Both the position numbers and the translations under genes were made by a program. Positions 17,283-26,924 of a DNA stretch of 64,000 bases are shown here, in pieces; the first letter of the stretch is position 1, and the number at the start of each line of letters is the position of its first letter. The DNA is from Cyanobacteria bacterium J06633_8 (lineage in GTDB: Bacteria > Cyanobacteriota > Cyanobacteriia > Cyanobacteriales > Nostocaceae), in assembly GCA_039820645.1 (NCBI GenBank), contig JBCBPQ010000003.1, forward strand, positions 54,913 to 118,912, given 5' to 3'. Below the pieces are notes generated by a model that did not search any database, was not told the DNA's origin, and saw nothing but the letters and a program-made list of their open reading frames with translations.

Positions 17283-17993
17283 ATGAATCGTAAAGTAAAG
17301 AATAAGCAATTTTTGAGAGTAAAAAGGCAGCATCAAAAATGGTGCCGTTTTTTACGAAGATTTACGATTGGTGTTAGCATATTCACTGCTATCTGGTTAT
17401 TTTTTACTACTATAACTGTCTTTTTTGCATCTTCCAAGCCTGTAGATGCTTTTTTTGTTCTAGGTGGAAGTATCAAACGAGAGATGTACGTTGCCGAATT
17501 AGCACAAAAATACCCTCAGACTCCGATTTTAATTTCCAGTGGTTCGGAAGACCCTTGTATTTGGCTAATCTTTCAACGAGAAACCGCACCTACAGAAAAG
17601 GTTTGGTTAGAAAAATGTGCTAATTCTACTTTTGATAATTTTTACTATAGTATTCCAATTTTACAGCAATGGGGTGTGCGTAAAGTAAAGTTAATTACCT
17701 CTACAACACATTTACCAAGAGCAAAATTAATGGCACAAATACTTTTTGGTTCTCATCGAATGTGGGTAGAACCTGACATAATTGAAGAAAAAGGAATTCC
17801 TGGAAATCGTGAATATTGGTGGAAAACTGGTTTAGATGTGACTCGCAGCATATTTTGGGCAGGTGTTAGTCAAGTCATGAAACCAACATGTTCTGAAGTT
17901 ATAAAACTTAATCAAGTTAATTTACAAGAATGGAAGAAGCGCGGCTTTAAGTGCGAAAATCAAGGAAATTTGAAAATAGAGAGTAGTAAGTAG
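17283..17993 (+). CDS. YdcF/DUF218-family protein with an N-terminal membrane anchor
   Basis: DAFFVLGGSIKRE..A.LAQKYP..PILISSG resembles the DUF218 core. There is an N-terminal TM helix. Confidence 0.6.
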   Translation: MNRKVKNKQFLRVKRQHQKWCRFLRRFTIGVSIFTAIWLFFTTITVFFASSKPVDAFFVLGGSIKREMYVAELAQKYPQTPILISSGSEDPCIWLIFQRETAPTEKVWLEKCANSTFDNFYYSIPILQQWGVRKVKLITSTTHLPRAKLMAQILFGSHRMWVEPDIIEEKGIPGNREYWWKTGLDVTRSIFWAGVSQVMKPTCSEVIKLNQVNLQEWKKRGFKCENQGNLKIESSK

Positions 17994-18033
17994 TGAGTTA
18001 ATGGTTGGAATTTATAAATTAAATTATTTACTG

Positions 18034-18069
18034 TTAACTGATAACTGATAATTGATAACTGATAATTGA
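18034..18069. repeat. STRR heptamer repeat (CTGATAA/TTGATAA) overlapping the 3' end of recJ
   Basis: Five contiguous 7-nt units. They encode ..ISIISYQLSVIS and the stop. Confidence 0.8.
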
Positions 18070-20382
18070 AATAGGTACTTTATAAAAATAGTTTTTTTGA
18101 AATTGTTCTTCGCGTACTGCTGCTGTAAATTTATTTATTGCAGGTTCTAACTCAAAGGTGGTATTTGTATTATCTTTCTGACCGAATACTAAATGATTGT
18201 CTTGTGAGTGGATTGTAAATCCTAATGTTTTTAAAGCTTGAAAACCTATATGTAATGTTTGGCTAGTAATAGATAGTTTTTCTAAAAGTTGTATTCGAGT
18301 TGCAGTTTGATTTGTGCGACACAAATATTTGGCTATTCCCACAAGTTCTAACCATGTTTTTTCTGGTGGTTTAGGATTTGGTTTTGTCCATGCTAATGCT
18401 AGCGGCTGCTGTTTGTAAAATGAACGCCTCAACCATATTCGCAAATCATCCCAGCGAGTCGGACATTCTTTAAGGATAAGGGGAGAGTCCGATAATAATG
18501 GATAATTATTTGGAGGTGTATTCCGCCAATCTAAAATTGATGACAAACCTTGAGAAACTGCATTAATGGCGTTTTCGGCAACCCTTACTGCTATAAGTCT
18601 AATTTCGTAACGTCTTTTAAAAGTGTTGTAATCTAATTCGACTATACAATCGCATTTTTGTGGTGGTAATTCGTCTTTATAATGTCCCCACCAGATACCA
18701 GGAAAACTATTTCTACTAGAATCGTCACGGATACCAAATTCGGTTTTGATATACTGAATTTTTTTCCCTCGCGCATCTTGCTGATTGCGATGCCAAGTAT
18801 TTTCAAACCAACAATTTTTTATCAACAGTTTAGGTACTGGATTACCCATACCGCAGGGTTCAAGTAATTTTAATTCTAGAAATAATTCTTTACCGAGGTC
18901 GGCAACAGTTACGATTAAGTCTGCTTCAACTACAGGTTTTGGTATGCTACCTCCAGTAATTTGTCGTAACCTTTGGTTTATTGCTTCTGTAAATAAAGGA
19001 ATATTTTCCACAGGCATACTTAAACCTGCGGCAAAAGGATGTCCTCCGAAACGATGTAGTAAATGCTCTTGAGCCTTGACTAATTTATATAAATCAACTG
19101 AGTTAACCGAACGTGCCGAACCTCTTGCTAGGGGATGGGTAAATGCTCCTTGTTCCCTTGTCTCCTTTTCCTCTTTTATTTCGGTACTTAACAAAATCGT
19201 CGGTCTTCCCGTATCTTGGGCTACTTGTCCTGCCACTAATCCCAGAACGCCTACTGCCCATTGAGGGTCTGCAAGGACTATAACGCTGGTAGTTGACAAG
19301 TCCATTTGTGAAAGCTTCTGAGTGACGTGACGGGCTACGTCTTTTTGCAGGGATTTACGACGGGTGTTTGCGAGTTCGGTGACTTCTGCTAGTTCGCAAA
19401 CGCGCTTTTGGTTGCTGCTGGTTAGTAGTTCTACACAAAAGCTTGCGTCTCCTTGAATGCGGCTGACAGCATTAATTCGAGGTCCCAAACCAAAAGAAAT
19501 ATCTGTAGGGCGATCGCCGTTTTTCTGGCACAATTCTAACAGCCTTCCAACTCCAGGTCTTCTTCTTGCTGCTGGCGGTTTTTTGAAATCTTGTTGCAGT
19601 TGTTGAATTCCTACTTGTGCTAAATATCGACAATCTCCACTCAGCTGTACTAAGTCGGCTATTAATCCCACTGCGACTAAATCTACTAAGTCTTCTAATG
19701 GCTGTTGCGGTATCTGTGGAAAACTTAGATAAAGGGCTTCGATGAGTTTGTAAGCTACAGCTACGCCGGAAAGATGAAATAGCTGATGGGAATCGGGTAA
19801 GCTTCGGGGGTTAATAAGTGCTGTGACGGGGGGACGTTCGGGTAGTAATGTATGGTGGTCGGTAATAATAATATCTATGTCTAGATTCTTTGCATAAATA
19901 ATTTCATCTATGTTTGTGCTGCCAGTATCGCAAGTAACGATTAGCTGATATCCTTGCTGCTTAAGTTTTTCGATACCGAGAATATTTAATCCGTGGGATT
20001 CTGTTAAACGATTGGGTATGTAATAAGTTAATTGCGTATTCTTAGCAAAAAATTGTCCCAATCCATCCCACAATACTGCTGTAGAAGTAATGCCGTCAGC
20101 GTCGAAGTCTCCCCAAATCGCTACTTTTTCGTTGTTGTTTCGCGCTTGCTGCAATCTTTCTACTGCTAATTGCATTTCTTGCCCAAATTCAAAGGGACTT
20201 GCTGGTTGATAATTTTGGGGATTAATATAATTTTCTAATTGAGCTTTATCTCTAATTTCTCGCTGCCATAATAATTGGGCTGCAAAGTTTCCTTTTGATG
20301 CAGTCAGATATTTTTTTACAAGTTCTAAGAACCATTTTGGAGGCTCTTCTGTTGGTTTAATAATCCACTGTTGCTCGGACAT
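18034..20382 (-). CDS. recJ: Single-stranded-DNA-specific exonuclease RecJ
   Basis: DHH motifs WGDFDADGITS, VTCDTGS and IITDHH, plus the DHHA1 region GGHPFAAG. The last 12 codons are encoded by an STRR array. Confidence 0.85.
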   Translation of the reverse strand: MSEQQWIIKPTEEPPKWFLELVKKYLTASKGNFAAQLLWQREIRDKAQLENYINPQNYQPASPFEFGQEMQLAVERLQQARNNNEKVAIWGDFDADGITSTAVLWDGLGQFFAKNTQLTYYIPNRLTESHGLNILGIEKLKQQGYQLIVTCDTGSTNIDEIIYAKNLDIDIIITDHHTLLPERPPVTALINPRSLPDSHQLFHLSGVAVAYKLIEALYLSFPQIPQQPLEDLVDLVAVGLIADLVQLSGDCRYLAQVGIQQLQQDFKKPPAARRRPGVGRLLELCQKNGDRPTDISFGLGPRINAVSRIQGDASFCVELLTSSNQKRVCELAEVTELANTRRKSLQKDVARHVTQKLSQMDLSTTSVIVLADPQWAVGVLGLVAGQVAQDTGRPTILLSTEIKEEKETREQGAFTHPLARGSARSVNSVDLYKLVKAQEHLLHRFGGHPFAAGLSMPVENIPLFTEAINQRLRQITGGSIPKPVVEADLIVTVADLGKELFLELKLLEPCGMGNPVPKLLIKNCWFENTWHRNQQDARGKKIQYIKTEFGIRDDSSRNSFPGIWWGHYKDELPPQKCDCIVELDYNTFKRRYEIRLIAVRVAENAINAVSQGLSSILDWRNTPPNNYPLLSDSPLILKECPTRWDDLRIWLRRSFYKQQPLALAWTKPNPKPPEKTWLELVGIAKYLCRTNQTATRIQLLEKLSITSQTLHIGFQALKTLGFTIHSQDNHLVFGQKDNTNTTFELEPAINKFTAAVREEQFQKNYFYKVPISIISYQLSVIS

Positions 20383-20392
20383 ACAATTTGGG

Positions 20393-20417
20393 ATTTTAGA
20401 TTTTAGATTTTAGATTG
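20393..20417. repeat. STRR heptamer repeat (ATTTTAG)
   Basis: 3.5 contiguous units just upstream of the recJ start. Confidence 0.7.
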
Positions 20418-20617
20418 TTAATTATGAAATTTTATACGTTTTGATTTACCGTACTTTTAACTTATATCAAATTAAAATATCTCATTTAAAACTTGCAAGA
20501 TTATCACAAATTATCGAAAGTTGGGTGATGCTATAAAAATTTTGACTATATTTCTCAAAGCCTTACATACTGCATTGTGATTCTCTGGCGGCATAAAATA
20601 ATTAATAAGTTAGCAAC

Positions 20618-21457
20618 TTAAAGAGGAACTTCTTCAATGTTAGCTAAGTTGAGTAAAGTGTTATTAACTCCGAGTAAATCCTGAGACGATGATTTTTCTT
20701 CGAGATTAGCAGAAACTCTTTGACAGCGAGAAGCATACTGACAATCAATACAGGTTTTATTACCTTCGGGGACTTGAGGTAATTGCTCTCCTCGTTGATA
20801 GGCTTGCAGCCATTTAGTTAATTTCTTTAAATGACGATCTAGTTTTTTTTTGGTTTGTTGATGCTGGGAAGAACTATAGCTGAATTTTATATTGTGTGGT
20901 TTGCTTTCCGATTGCACAAACCAATAAGTCATGGAAATATTTTCTGGCTGGTAGTTGCTAGATTCGGCTAGTACGTACATATAAAGACGTGTCTGCCAAT
21001 TATATTGCAGCTTACGTTTTGAAGGTGGTTGGCGATAAGTTTTCCAGTCAAGAATCTGCGCTTTTTCTTTATCTGCAATTAATAAATCGTAAATAGCTGT
21101 AAGTAAATAGTCTTGTATTTGTAGAGTGCGGTAATGTTCGCTTTCTCGGAAAGTTTCGCTATTGTCAGCGGGGGTTAAAATATCTGGTGCGATGCTGGCA
21201 AAAGTATTCATCCAGCTTTGCAATTGACTATCGGTTTGCAAAAAGCTACTAATTTTCAAACCCATTTCTTGCTGCTGCATCAGTAAGTGAAAGCGACTTC
21301 CTAGCAACTGCTTTTCCTCATGCTTTGGATCCAGAGGAGGACGAAGTTGTTCTAAATAAGTATGTTGAAATTTACGGGGACAACTTTCTAATAAGTTAAG
21401 CTGTCCTTGAGAAAGTCTTATTAATTGACTTTGCGGAAAATTTGGTATGGATATCAT
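20618..21457 (-). CDS. PD-(D/E)XK nuclease, Cas4/AddB-like with a 4-Cys cluster
   Basis: One N-terminal Cys (LLESCPRKF), a nuclease core (IYDLLIADKEKAQILDWKT), and a C-terminal CIDCQYASRC (C-X2-C-X5-C). The start is taken at MISIPNF (21457), because the upstream 10 codons lie in a repeat element. Confidence 0.7.
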   Translation of the reverse strand: MISIPNFPQSQLIRLSQGQLNLLESCPRKFQHTYLEQLRPPLDPKHEEKQLLGSRFHLLMQQQEMGLKISSFLQTDSQLQSWMNTFASIAPDILTPADNSETFRESEHYRTLQIQDYLLTAIYDLLIADKEKAQILDWKTYRQPPSKRKLQYNWQTRLYMYVLAESSNYQPENISMTYWFVQSESKPHNIKFSYSSSQHQQTKKKLDRHLKKLTKWLQAYQRGEQLPQVPEGNKTCIDCQYASRCQRVSANLEEKSSSQDLLGVNNTLLNLANIEEVPL

Positions 21458-21464
21458 CAGGGGT

Positions 21465-21502
21465 TTAGGAGTGTAGAGACGTAGCACTGCTACGTCTTAG
21501 AG
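21465..21502. repeat. Dispersed hairpin repeat (TTAGGAGTGTAGAGACGTAGCACTGCTACGTCT family)
   Basis: 9-bp stem AGACGTAGC / GCTACGTCT. Two tandem copies of the same unit are at 35451-35528. Confidence 0.75.
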
Positions 21503-21540
21503 TTAGGAGTTAAGAATTAATAATTACCTATTTTATAATC

Positions 21541-21587
21541 AATGCCCAATCCCCAATGCCCAATGCTCAATGCCCTATGCCCAATTC
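21541..21587. repeat. STRR heptamer repeat (AATGCCC and variants)
   Basis: About 6.5 contiguous units. Confidence 0.8.
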
Positions 21588-21685
21588 CGAATTCTATAAA
21601 AAATAAAAAGGCAAAAGGTAAAAGAATAAAGTTTCCCTCTACTCTTTTTCCTTTTTCCTTTAAAAGTACGTTTCGTACCTGATGC

Positions 21686-21892
21686 TTATTTCATATTAGC
21701 TCGCGCATCTCGGACTGCGGCAAAGAAAAATAAGGCTGTGAGTGGAATACTAATTCCTAAAATAATTGAGGTGTTCTGCATTCCTAAATCTGGTTGTCCC
21801 GACGAAATTTCAAAAACACAACCAACTGCTGCGATTGCAGCTACACAAGAACCAAGTAAAAACAAACCGCTAAGCGGTGTCATCGTGTTCAT
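21686..21892 (-). CDS. Small two-helix membrane protein, unknown function
   Basis: 68 aa with two hydrophobic helices. It starts 12 nt after the def stop, so it is probably co-transcribed. Confidence 0.45.
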   Translation of the reverse strand: MNTMTPLSGLFLLGSCVAAIAAVGCVFEISSGQPDLGMQNTSIILGISIPLTALFFFAAVRDARANMK

Positions 21893-21904
21893 AAGTATTT
21901 CCCC

Positions 21905-22483
21905 CTATACTATTGATTTTACAGCTTGATGGGAAAAACCATTCTTTGATAGTTCTTGGGTTAGTGCTAAAGCGTTTTCGACTCTATCTACGAATACAAC
22001 ACCGTTAAGATGATCCATCTCGTGTTGGATGCAACGTCCGAGTAAACCTCCTGCTTTCAAGGTTTGAGGACGACCATTTTCATCTTTATAAGCAACTTCT
22101 ACTATTTCGGGACGTTTAACATCGAGGTAAACACCGGGAATGCTCAAACACCCTTCTTGTTCTACGCAGGTGTCACCAAAGGATTTTTTTATGGTGGGAT
22201 TAATTAAAATTAACGGCGGATTGGCTGGATTATCTGGTTCAATATCTATAACGATAAGTTGCTTGTGAATTCCCACTTGGGGTGCTGCTAAACCAATACC
22301 GTCGCTGCTGTACATGGTTTGTAGCATTTCCCGTGCCAATTGACGAATTTCTTCGTCTACTTTTGATATACGTTTGGCAGGTTGTCTTAGAACCTTATCC
22401 CCCAAGTAATGAAGTTGCAAGGGCGGATTTTTTAACTTTTTCTTTTCAACAGCGATCGCAGAGGGCATAGTCTTATAACTCAC
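21905..22483 (-). CDS. def: Peptide deformylase
   Basis: Motifs GIGLAAPQVG, EGCLSIPG and QHEMDHLNG. Confidence 0.9.
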   Translation of the reverse strand: MSYKTMPSAIAVEKKKLKNPPLQLHYLGDKVLRQPAKRISKVDEEIRQLAREMLQTMYSSDGIGLAAPQVGIHKQLIVIDIEPDNPANPPLILINPTIKKSFGDTCVEQEGCLSIPGVYLDVKRPEIVEVAYKDENGRPQTLKAGGLLGRCIQHEMDHLNGVVFVDRVENALALTQELSKNGFSHQAVKSIV

Positions 22484-22610
22484 AAATATATAGGTGAAAT
22501 AATTCCGCTTTATTTATCTTAGCAACCAGGTGCATGGGGGAGGTAGGAAGAGAGGAAGTTTTGATTGCCGTTAGTTCTTTGGTATCAATTGTTTTACTAA
22601 TTGAATAACT

Positions 22611-23126
22611 TTACACGATTGATGCATCAGTCATAAATTCACCGGATTCGGCTTTCATTAGTTTTCTTTTATTAGCTTGAGAGGAAGATTCTAGGGATTT
22701 TAGTTGCTGTAATGCGTAACTTTTCTCTTCCGGTGATAAATCATCATTATTTTCAATAGTTTTTTGAATTTGAGCAAAAAGTGCTTTTACTCTGGGTGAA
22801 GTTTCTTCTCGCGAACCTTCTAATTCATTAACAAAGTTTGCTACATCACCGCTAGTTTTTGCGAAAACTCCTTCTTGATAATTATCATCACCGATGGAAA
22901 TTCCTACAGCATCTCCCTGGGGAGTAATCTTGATTTCGTTCTCTTCAGACATAATATCTCCTATGTGTTGATAAGTTTGTAGGTATAAACTTGGCTTTTC
23001 AACGGCAATTTTTAATGCAAAATTTAAAATTGATTCTAGATTCTCAATTTGAGCATTTTTATTATTTAGCTCAATGAATAAACAAATCAATAAAGCGACT
23101 AAAAGATAAACCAATAAATCTCTCAT
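22611..23126 (-). CDS. Hypothetical protein with an N-terminal hydrophobic segment
   Basis: 171-aa ORF with coding-like composition and no recognisable motif. The start is uncertain. Confidence 0.45.
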   Translation of the reverse strand: MRDLLVYLLVALLICLFIELNNKNAQIENLESILNFALKIAVEKPSLYLQTYQHIGDIMSEENEIKITPQGDAVGISIGDDNYQEGVFAKTSGDVANFVNELEGSREETSPRVKALFAQIQKTIENNDDLSPEEKSYALQQLKSLESSSQANKRKLMKAESGEFMTDASIV

Positions 23127-23263
23127 AGCCGTATATTCTAATTAAAAGTTAGGAGTCACGCAAATTAGCTCTTTAGCTCAATTTATTGGTTAAGCTTTCC
23201 AATTATGGCTACAGCTATACATATTAGAACTTATTTATAAAGTCAAGGTTAAGACTTCCTGTT

Positions 23264-23294
23264 ACCAATTACCAATTATCAATTACCAATTACA
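23264..23294. repeat. STRR heptamer repeat (ACCAATT)
   Basis: About 4 contiguous units. Confidence 0.7.
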
Positions 23295-23302
23295 TCTCAA
23301 AT

Positions 23303-23390
23303 AAACCCGGTTTCTAGTCGTGAAAGTATTATTATCCGCGTCTTAAATCAGAAAGAAACCGGGTTTCTGCAACTGGTGCAAGATGTGAAA
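23303..23390. repeat. GAAACCCGGTTTC-type palindromic element, copy 1
   Basis: AAACCCGGTTTCT (23303-15) and AGAAACCGGGTTTCT (23354-68) are separated by about 40 nt, followed by the tail GTGCAAGATGTGAA. The same architecture occurs at 41312-41401, and an inverted copy at 42816-42879. Confidence 0.7.
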
Positions 23391-23397
23391 TTACCTT

Positions 23398-24771
23398 TTA
23401 ACCAAAATTTGAAACTTTTAGTAGAGGATTCATCGATTGCTTAAATTCATCATCTTTGAAAGTTGCTTCCCAATTTGCTGGTAGACGATGGGGGTTTGGG
23501 TCTTCTGGAGTTGGTACCCGTAAAAATATATAATCGCAATTGATGGGATATAGCAGAGTTTGTGGAGTTATGTTCCAATCTTCTACATATGCTCCGGTGA
23601 GATTAGCGTTCCTTAAATCCGCTTTGTCTAATTGCGATCGCACTAGTTTTGCTCTGGATAAATCGGCATTTCGCAAGTTGGTTTGATTTAAATTGGCTCC
23701 AACAAAACTGGCATCTTTGAGGTTTGCCCCTTGTAAATTGATTCCCCGCAAGTTCCAACCATCAAATATTTTATTTTGTAAATTTTTATTGACAACTAGC
23801 TCGCGCATTTGGGCATTTTCTAAATAAGTTGTATTTACTGCTGCTAAATGAACCTCTTTGATTTCAAACCAGTTGGTACGTTTGACTTTGGCTTTGGTAA
23901 AATTAGCGCTCTTAAGTTTGGCTTGGGTAAAGTCAGCATCTGTTAAATCGGCATTGCGAAAACTAGTACCGTATCTAGTAGTTAAAGAAATCGCAATTTT
24001 ACGAACGAAATTCTGCTTTTTATCTTCAGAAATAGCGCTAATGCCAATAAAAGCAGACAAGATTACTAACATTAGCGAAACAATACCGGCAACGATTCCC
24101 GCCACCGGGTTTACCATCATCGCATAAACCGATACAGCACCAGCCACTATTCCGGCTACCATCACTGCTATCATTACAGCGAAAACTCCCGCGATGGCTC
24201 CGGTAATAGCTGCTGAAATTGTTACACATACCGCTCCTACCGCAGTCACAATTACAGCTACAGTTCCCATAGTCACAACTGCGACTATCGGTGCAATTTC
24301 CGTAGCTTCTGAAGTTGTCGCTAATCCACTCCAGAAGACGGCTACAAAACCAGCCCATGAGACTGCTGCGACTATGGCTAAGGCAATAGTTACCGCTAAA
24401 AAAACGCAAGCAGATAATACCCCTTTGCGAATGCTTAGGAGAAAGTATATGAAAAGAATAATTAAACAAGAAGCGCCGACATAAACATTGGAGCGCGCAC
24501 TATCAACTAAAATAAATCCGACTAAAGAGCCACCAATAGCCGACATCAAACCCGATATCCCACACAGCAGTAGGGAAAAGAAAATTAGAATAATTGCCCA
24601 ACGGCGTTGCAAACCTGATTTCGTATGGCTGAAATTTGCATCTCTAAGAATAGCATTAGTGAAGTCGGTACCGCGAATGTCAGAATTGGAAAAATCTACA
24701 CCAGTCAAATCTTGCCCTTTAAATGATTTCCCTCTAAGTTTTGCACGACGGTATTCTTGAGCCATCATCAA
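23398..24771 (-). CDS. Pentapeptide-repeat protein with a central polytopic membrane region
   Basis: Pentapeptide runs sit at both ends (DLTGVDFSNSDIRGTDFTNAILRDANFS; ANLQGANLKDASFVGANLNQTNLRNADLSRAKL..). The middle is a roughly 200-aa Gly/Ala/Val/Ile-rich hydrophobic block. Confidence 0.8.
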   Translation of the reverse strand: MMMAQEYRRAKLRGKSFKGQDLTGVDFSNSDIRGTDFTNAILRDANFSHTKSGLQRRWAIILIFFSLLLCGISGLMSAIGGSLVGFILVDSARSNVYVGASCLIILFIYFLLSIRKGVLSACVFLAVTIALAIVAAVSWAGFVAVFWSGLATTSEATEIAPIVAVVTMGTVAVIVTAVGAVCVTISAAITGAIAGVFAVMIAVMVAGIVAGAVSVYAMMVNPVAGIVAGIVSLMLVILSAFIGISAISEDKKQNFVRKIAISLTTRYGTSFRNADLTDADFTQAKLKSANFTKAKVKRTNWFEIKEVHLAAVNTTYLENAQMRELVVNKNLQNKIFDGWNLRGINLQGANLKDASFVGANLNQTNLRNADLSRAKLVRSQLDKADLRNANLTGAYVEDWNITPQTLLYPINCDYIFLRVPTPEDPNPHRLPANWEATFKDDEFKQSMNPLLKVSNFG

Positions 24772-25253
24772 TTACACGCCAAATGTAGGACGTATTTTTA
24801 ACTAAATATGAATTATATATCCGCTCTCGTTTGAAGTCTAAATTTCAAGCTTTCGATAAACCTGAATTTTTATACTTCACAAGCAGACGAACTTATTTAA
24901 CTTATTCGCTTAGAATCCTACCACAGCAATTTATGAGTAATCTTATATTTAAATGTAACAGGAAGCTAGATTGCTCGCAGAAATACTTATATAGCAAGGG
25001 TTAAGCTCATATTAAAAATCTGTATTATTAAGTATTCAGATGTTCGCTGCAATAGATATTTCTGTAGAATCCCTAATTTTGAAATATAAGCAAGGCTAAT
25101 AGCTTCCAAAACATTTTTTGAGGAGTACGTCGGTAAGCAAAGCTGCTAACCTACACCTATCTTTAAACAGGTGTAGGTAGATGATAATAGCAATAAGTAA
25201 TTCTATTTTCGGATTAATTATTTCTTAGAAACAGAAATATTCCATAGAATAAA

Positions 25254-26924
25254 TTACTGCGAAACTCTTACTATGTAAGGAGAAGGAATTGCTTGGGCTT
25301 GCCCTGCATTAACCAATGCTTGATAAACAAAAGCAGCAACTTCTGCTCTAGTTGCTTGGCGGGTAGGATTTAATTGTGCAGCAGTAGGATAGTTAACTAC
25401 AAGTTGTCTTGCGGTGGCTGCTGCAACTGATGGTTGTGCCCAATTAGGAATTTGCCCAGCATCTGTGTAAACTGAAAGAATATTTGGGTTATTTGTAGTT
25501 AAACCCAAACCGTTAGCCAAAGCAACTAAAACCTGTACTCTAGGAATTTCTAATTGTGGTCTGAAAGTATTGTTAGGATATCCAGCAAGGAAAGGACTTT
25601 TGGTTGCTGTTTGAATGGCACTGTAAGCCCAAAAATTTCTGCTGACATCGCTGAAATTAGTTGCTTGCTTTTGAGGTTGAGGAGCAAAAGCTTTGTTGAT
25701 GATGGCAGCGAATTGAGCGCGGGTAACTGCTTCGTCTGGTTTAAAAGTTCCATCGGGGAAGCCAGCAATTACACCTTTAGAAGCTAAAGCTTCGATATAG
25801 GTTTTTGCCCAATAATTTGGTGCTACATCACTAAAAGCTGTTGCACCCCCTGGTATTGGCTCAACTGTTGCTGCAACAAATTCAACTTGCCCTTGAATCT
25901 TATTTTCGTCAATATCGTTACCAATTGCTAGAAGCTGAGATGTAGTGGCATTATGTACGTCGTAACGTTTGTTGTTACGAATTAAATTACCACCTGCTTC
26001 TGATGAGGTACCTAAATTTGGTTGAGCCTGAGAAATTGCGACGATACCATCGCGTGTATTGTTTTGGATGACGTTTTTACGCAATATAGGTTGTGCTGAA
26101 TTGGAGATAAAAAGCCCGTCTACATTTTGTAAAATTTGGTTTTCAACTATTAAAGGTGTGGATGTGCCACCAATAGCTAAACCAAATCCAGTATCTTGAA
26201 ATAAGTTACCGCGAATCTCTCCTTTAGCTGATTTAGCCACAGAAACGCCATTACCGGTATTTTTAATAAAGATATTACCGGCAATCATCGGATTACCAGT
26301 ACCAGTAACAAAAACCCCTTCTCGTTTGCTGTTGGTAAAAGTACTATTTATAATTTTGGGATTTGTTGATTCTACCCATATTCCCGTACCTCGAGATTCT
26401 GGATTTGTTACCGTCACACCAGAAATTACAGAGTCTTTTCCACCAAGAATAGTAATATTTTGACCTGCAAATGTACGGCTTGCATATCTACCGCTTCCTG
26501 TAATTAAGGTTGCTTGTCCTTTTCCTGCTTCATCTCCACGTAAAGTTACTCCTTCTTTAACTCTAAGTGGGAATTTTTCTCCTGTTTCTTGGCTGTAGCT
26601 ACCGGGTGCAAGCTGAATAACGGTACCGGATTGGGCTTGTTGAAGAGCGAAATCAATGGTTTTAAATGCAGCAGCTTCGGTGGTACCACCACCATTCGTA
26701 TCTGTACCAGTTTGTGGGTTTACGTAAATTATGCTGCTAGCTACGGGAGTTTGCGCTAATTGAATTGGAGCGCGACTGTACTTGTTAATGTTCGCTTTTG
26801 ACTCTTCGGTTTGTAGCAACATCGAGCTGCTAGTAACTACCAGTAAAGTCGCAATGGAGAAAGGTAATTTTAATTTAGTAGAGAAATTATGTCTACAAGG
26901 AATGGGAAAGCCCTTATATTTCAT
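25254..26924 (-). CDS. Secreted right-handed beta-helix protein with three C-terminal SLH domains
   Basis: Has a signal-like N-terminus. Repeated G..I.N..F.N.G.G. beta-helix turns follow. The SLH motifs are FSDV..NYWA..YIEALA..GVIAGFPDGTFKPD..VTRAQFA, present three times. Confidence 0.8.
   Translation of the reverse strand: MKYKGFPIPCRHNFSTKLKLPFSIATLLVVTSSSMLLQTEESKANINKYSRAPIQLAQTPVASSIIYVNPQTGTDTNGGGTTEAAAFKTIDFALQQAQSGTVIQLAPGSYSQETGEKFPLRVKEGVTLRGDEAGKGQATLITGSGRYASRTFAGQNITILGGKDSVISGVTVTNPESRGTGIWVESTNPKIINSTFTNSKREGVFVTGTGNPMIAGNIFIKNTGNGVSVAKSAKGEIRGNLFQDTGFGLAIGGTSTPLIVENQILQNVDGLFISNSAQPILRKNVIQNNTRDGIVAISQAQPNLGTSSEAGGNLIRNNKRYDVHNATTSQLLAIGNDIDENKIQGQVEFVAATVEPIPGGATAFSDVAPNYWAKTYIEALASKGVIAGFPDGTFKPDEAVTRAQFAAIINKAFAPQPQKQATNFSDVSRNFWAYSAIQTATKSPFLAGYPNNTFRPQLEIPRVQVLVALANGLGLTTNNPNILSVYTDAGQIPNWAQPSVAAATARQLVVNYPTAAQLNPTRQATRAEVAAFVYQALVNAGQAQAIPSPYIVRVSQ

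Noticed and set aside
23858-24760. Four alternative-frame ORFs (89-143 aa) overlapping the pentapeptide/TM gene
   Set aside because: They arise from the GC-richer low-complexity Gly/Ala/Val core, which is open in several frames. Only the 457-aa frame gives pentapeptide repeats at both ends.
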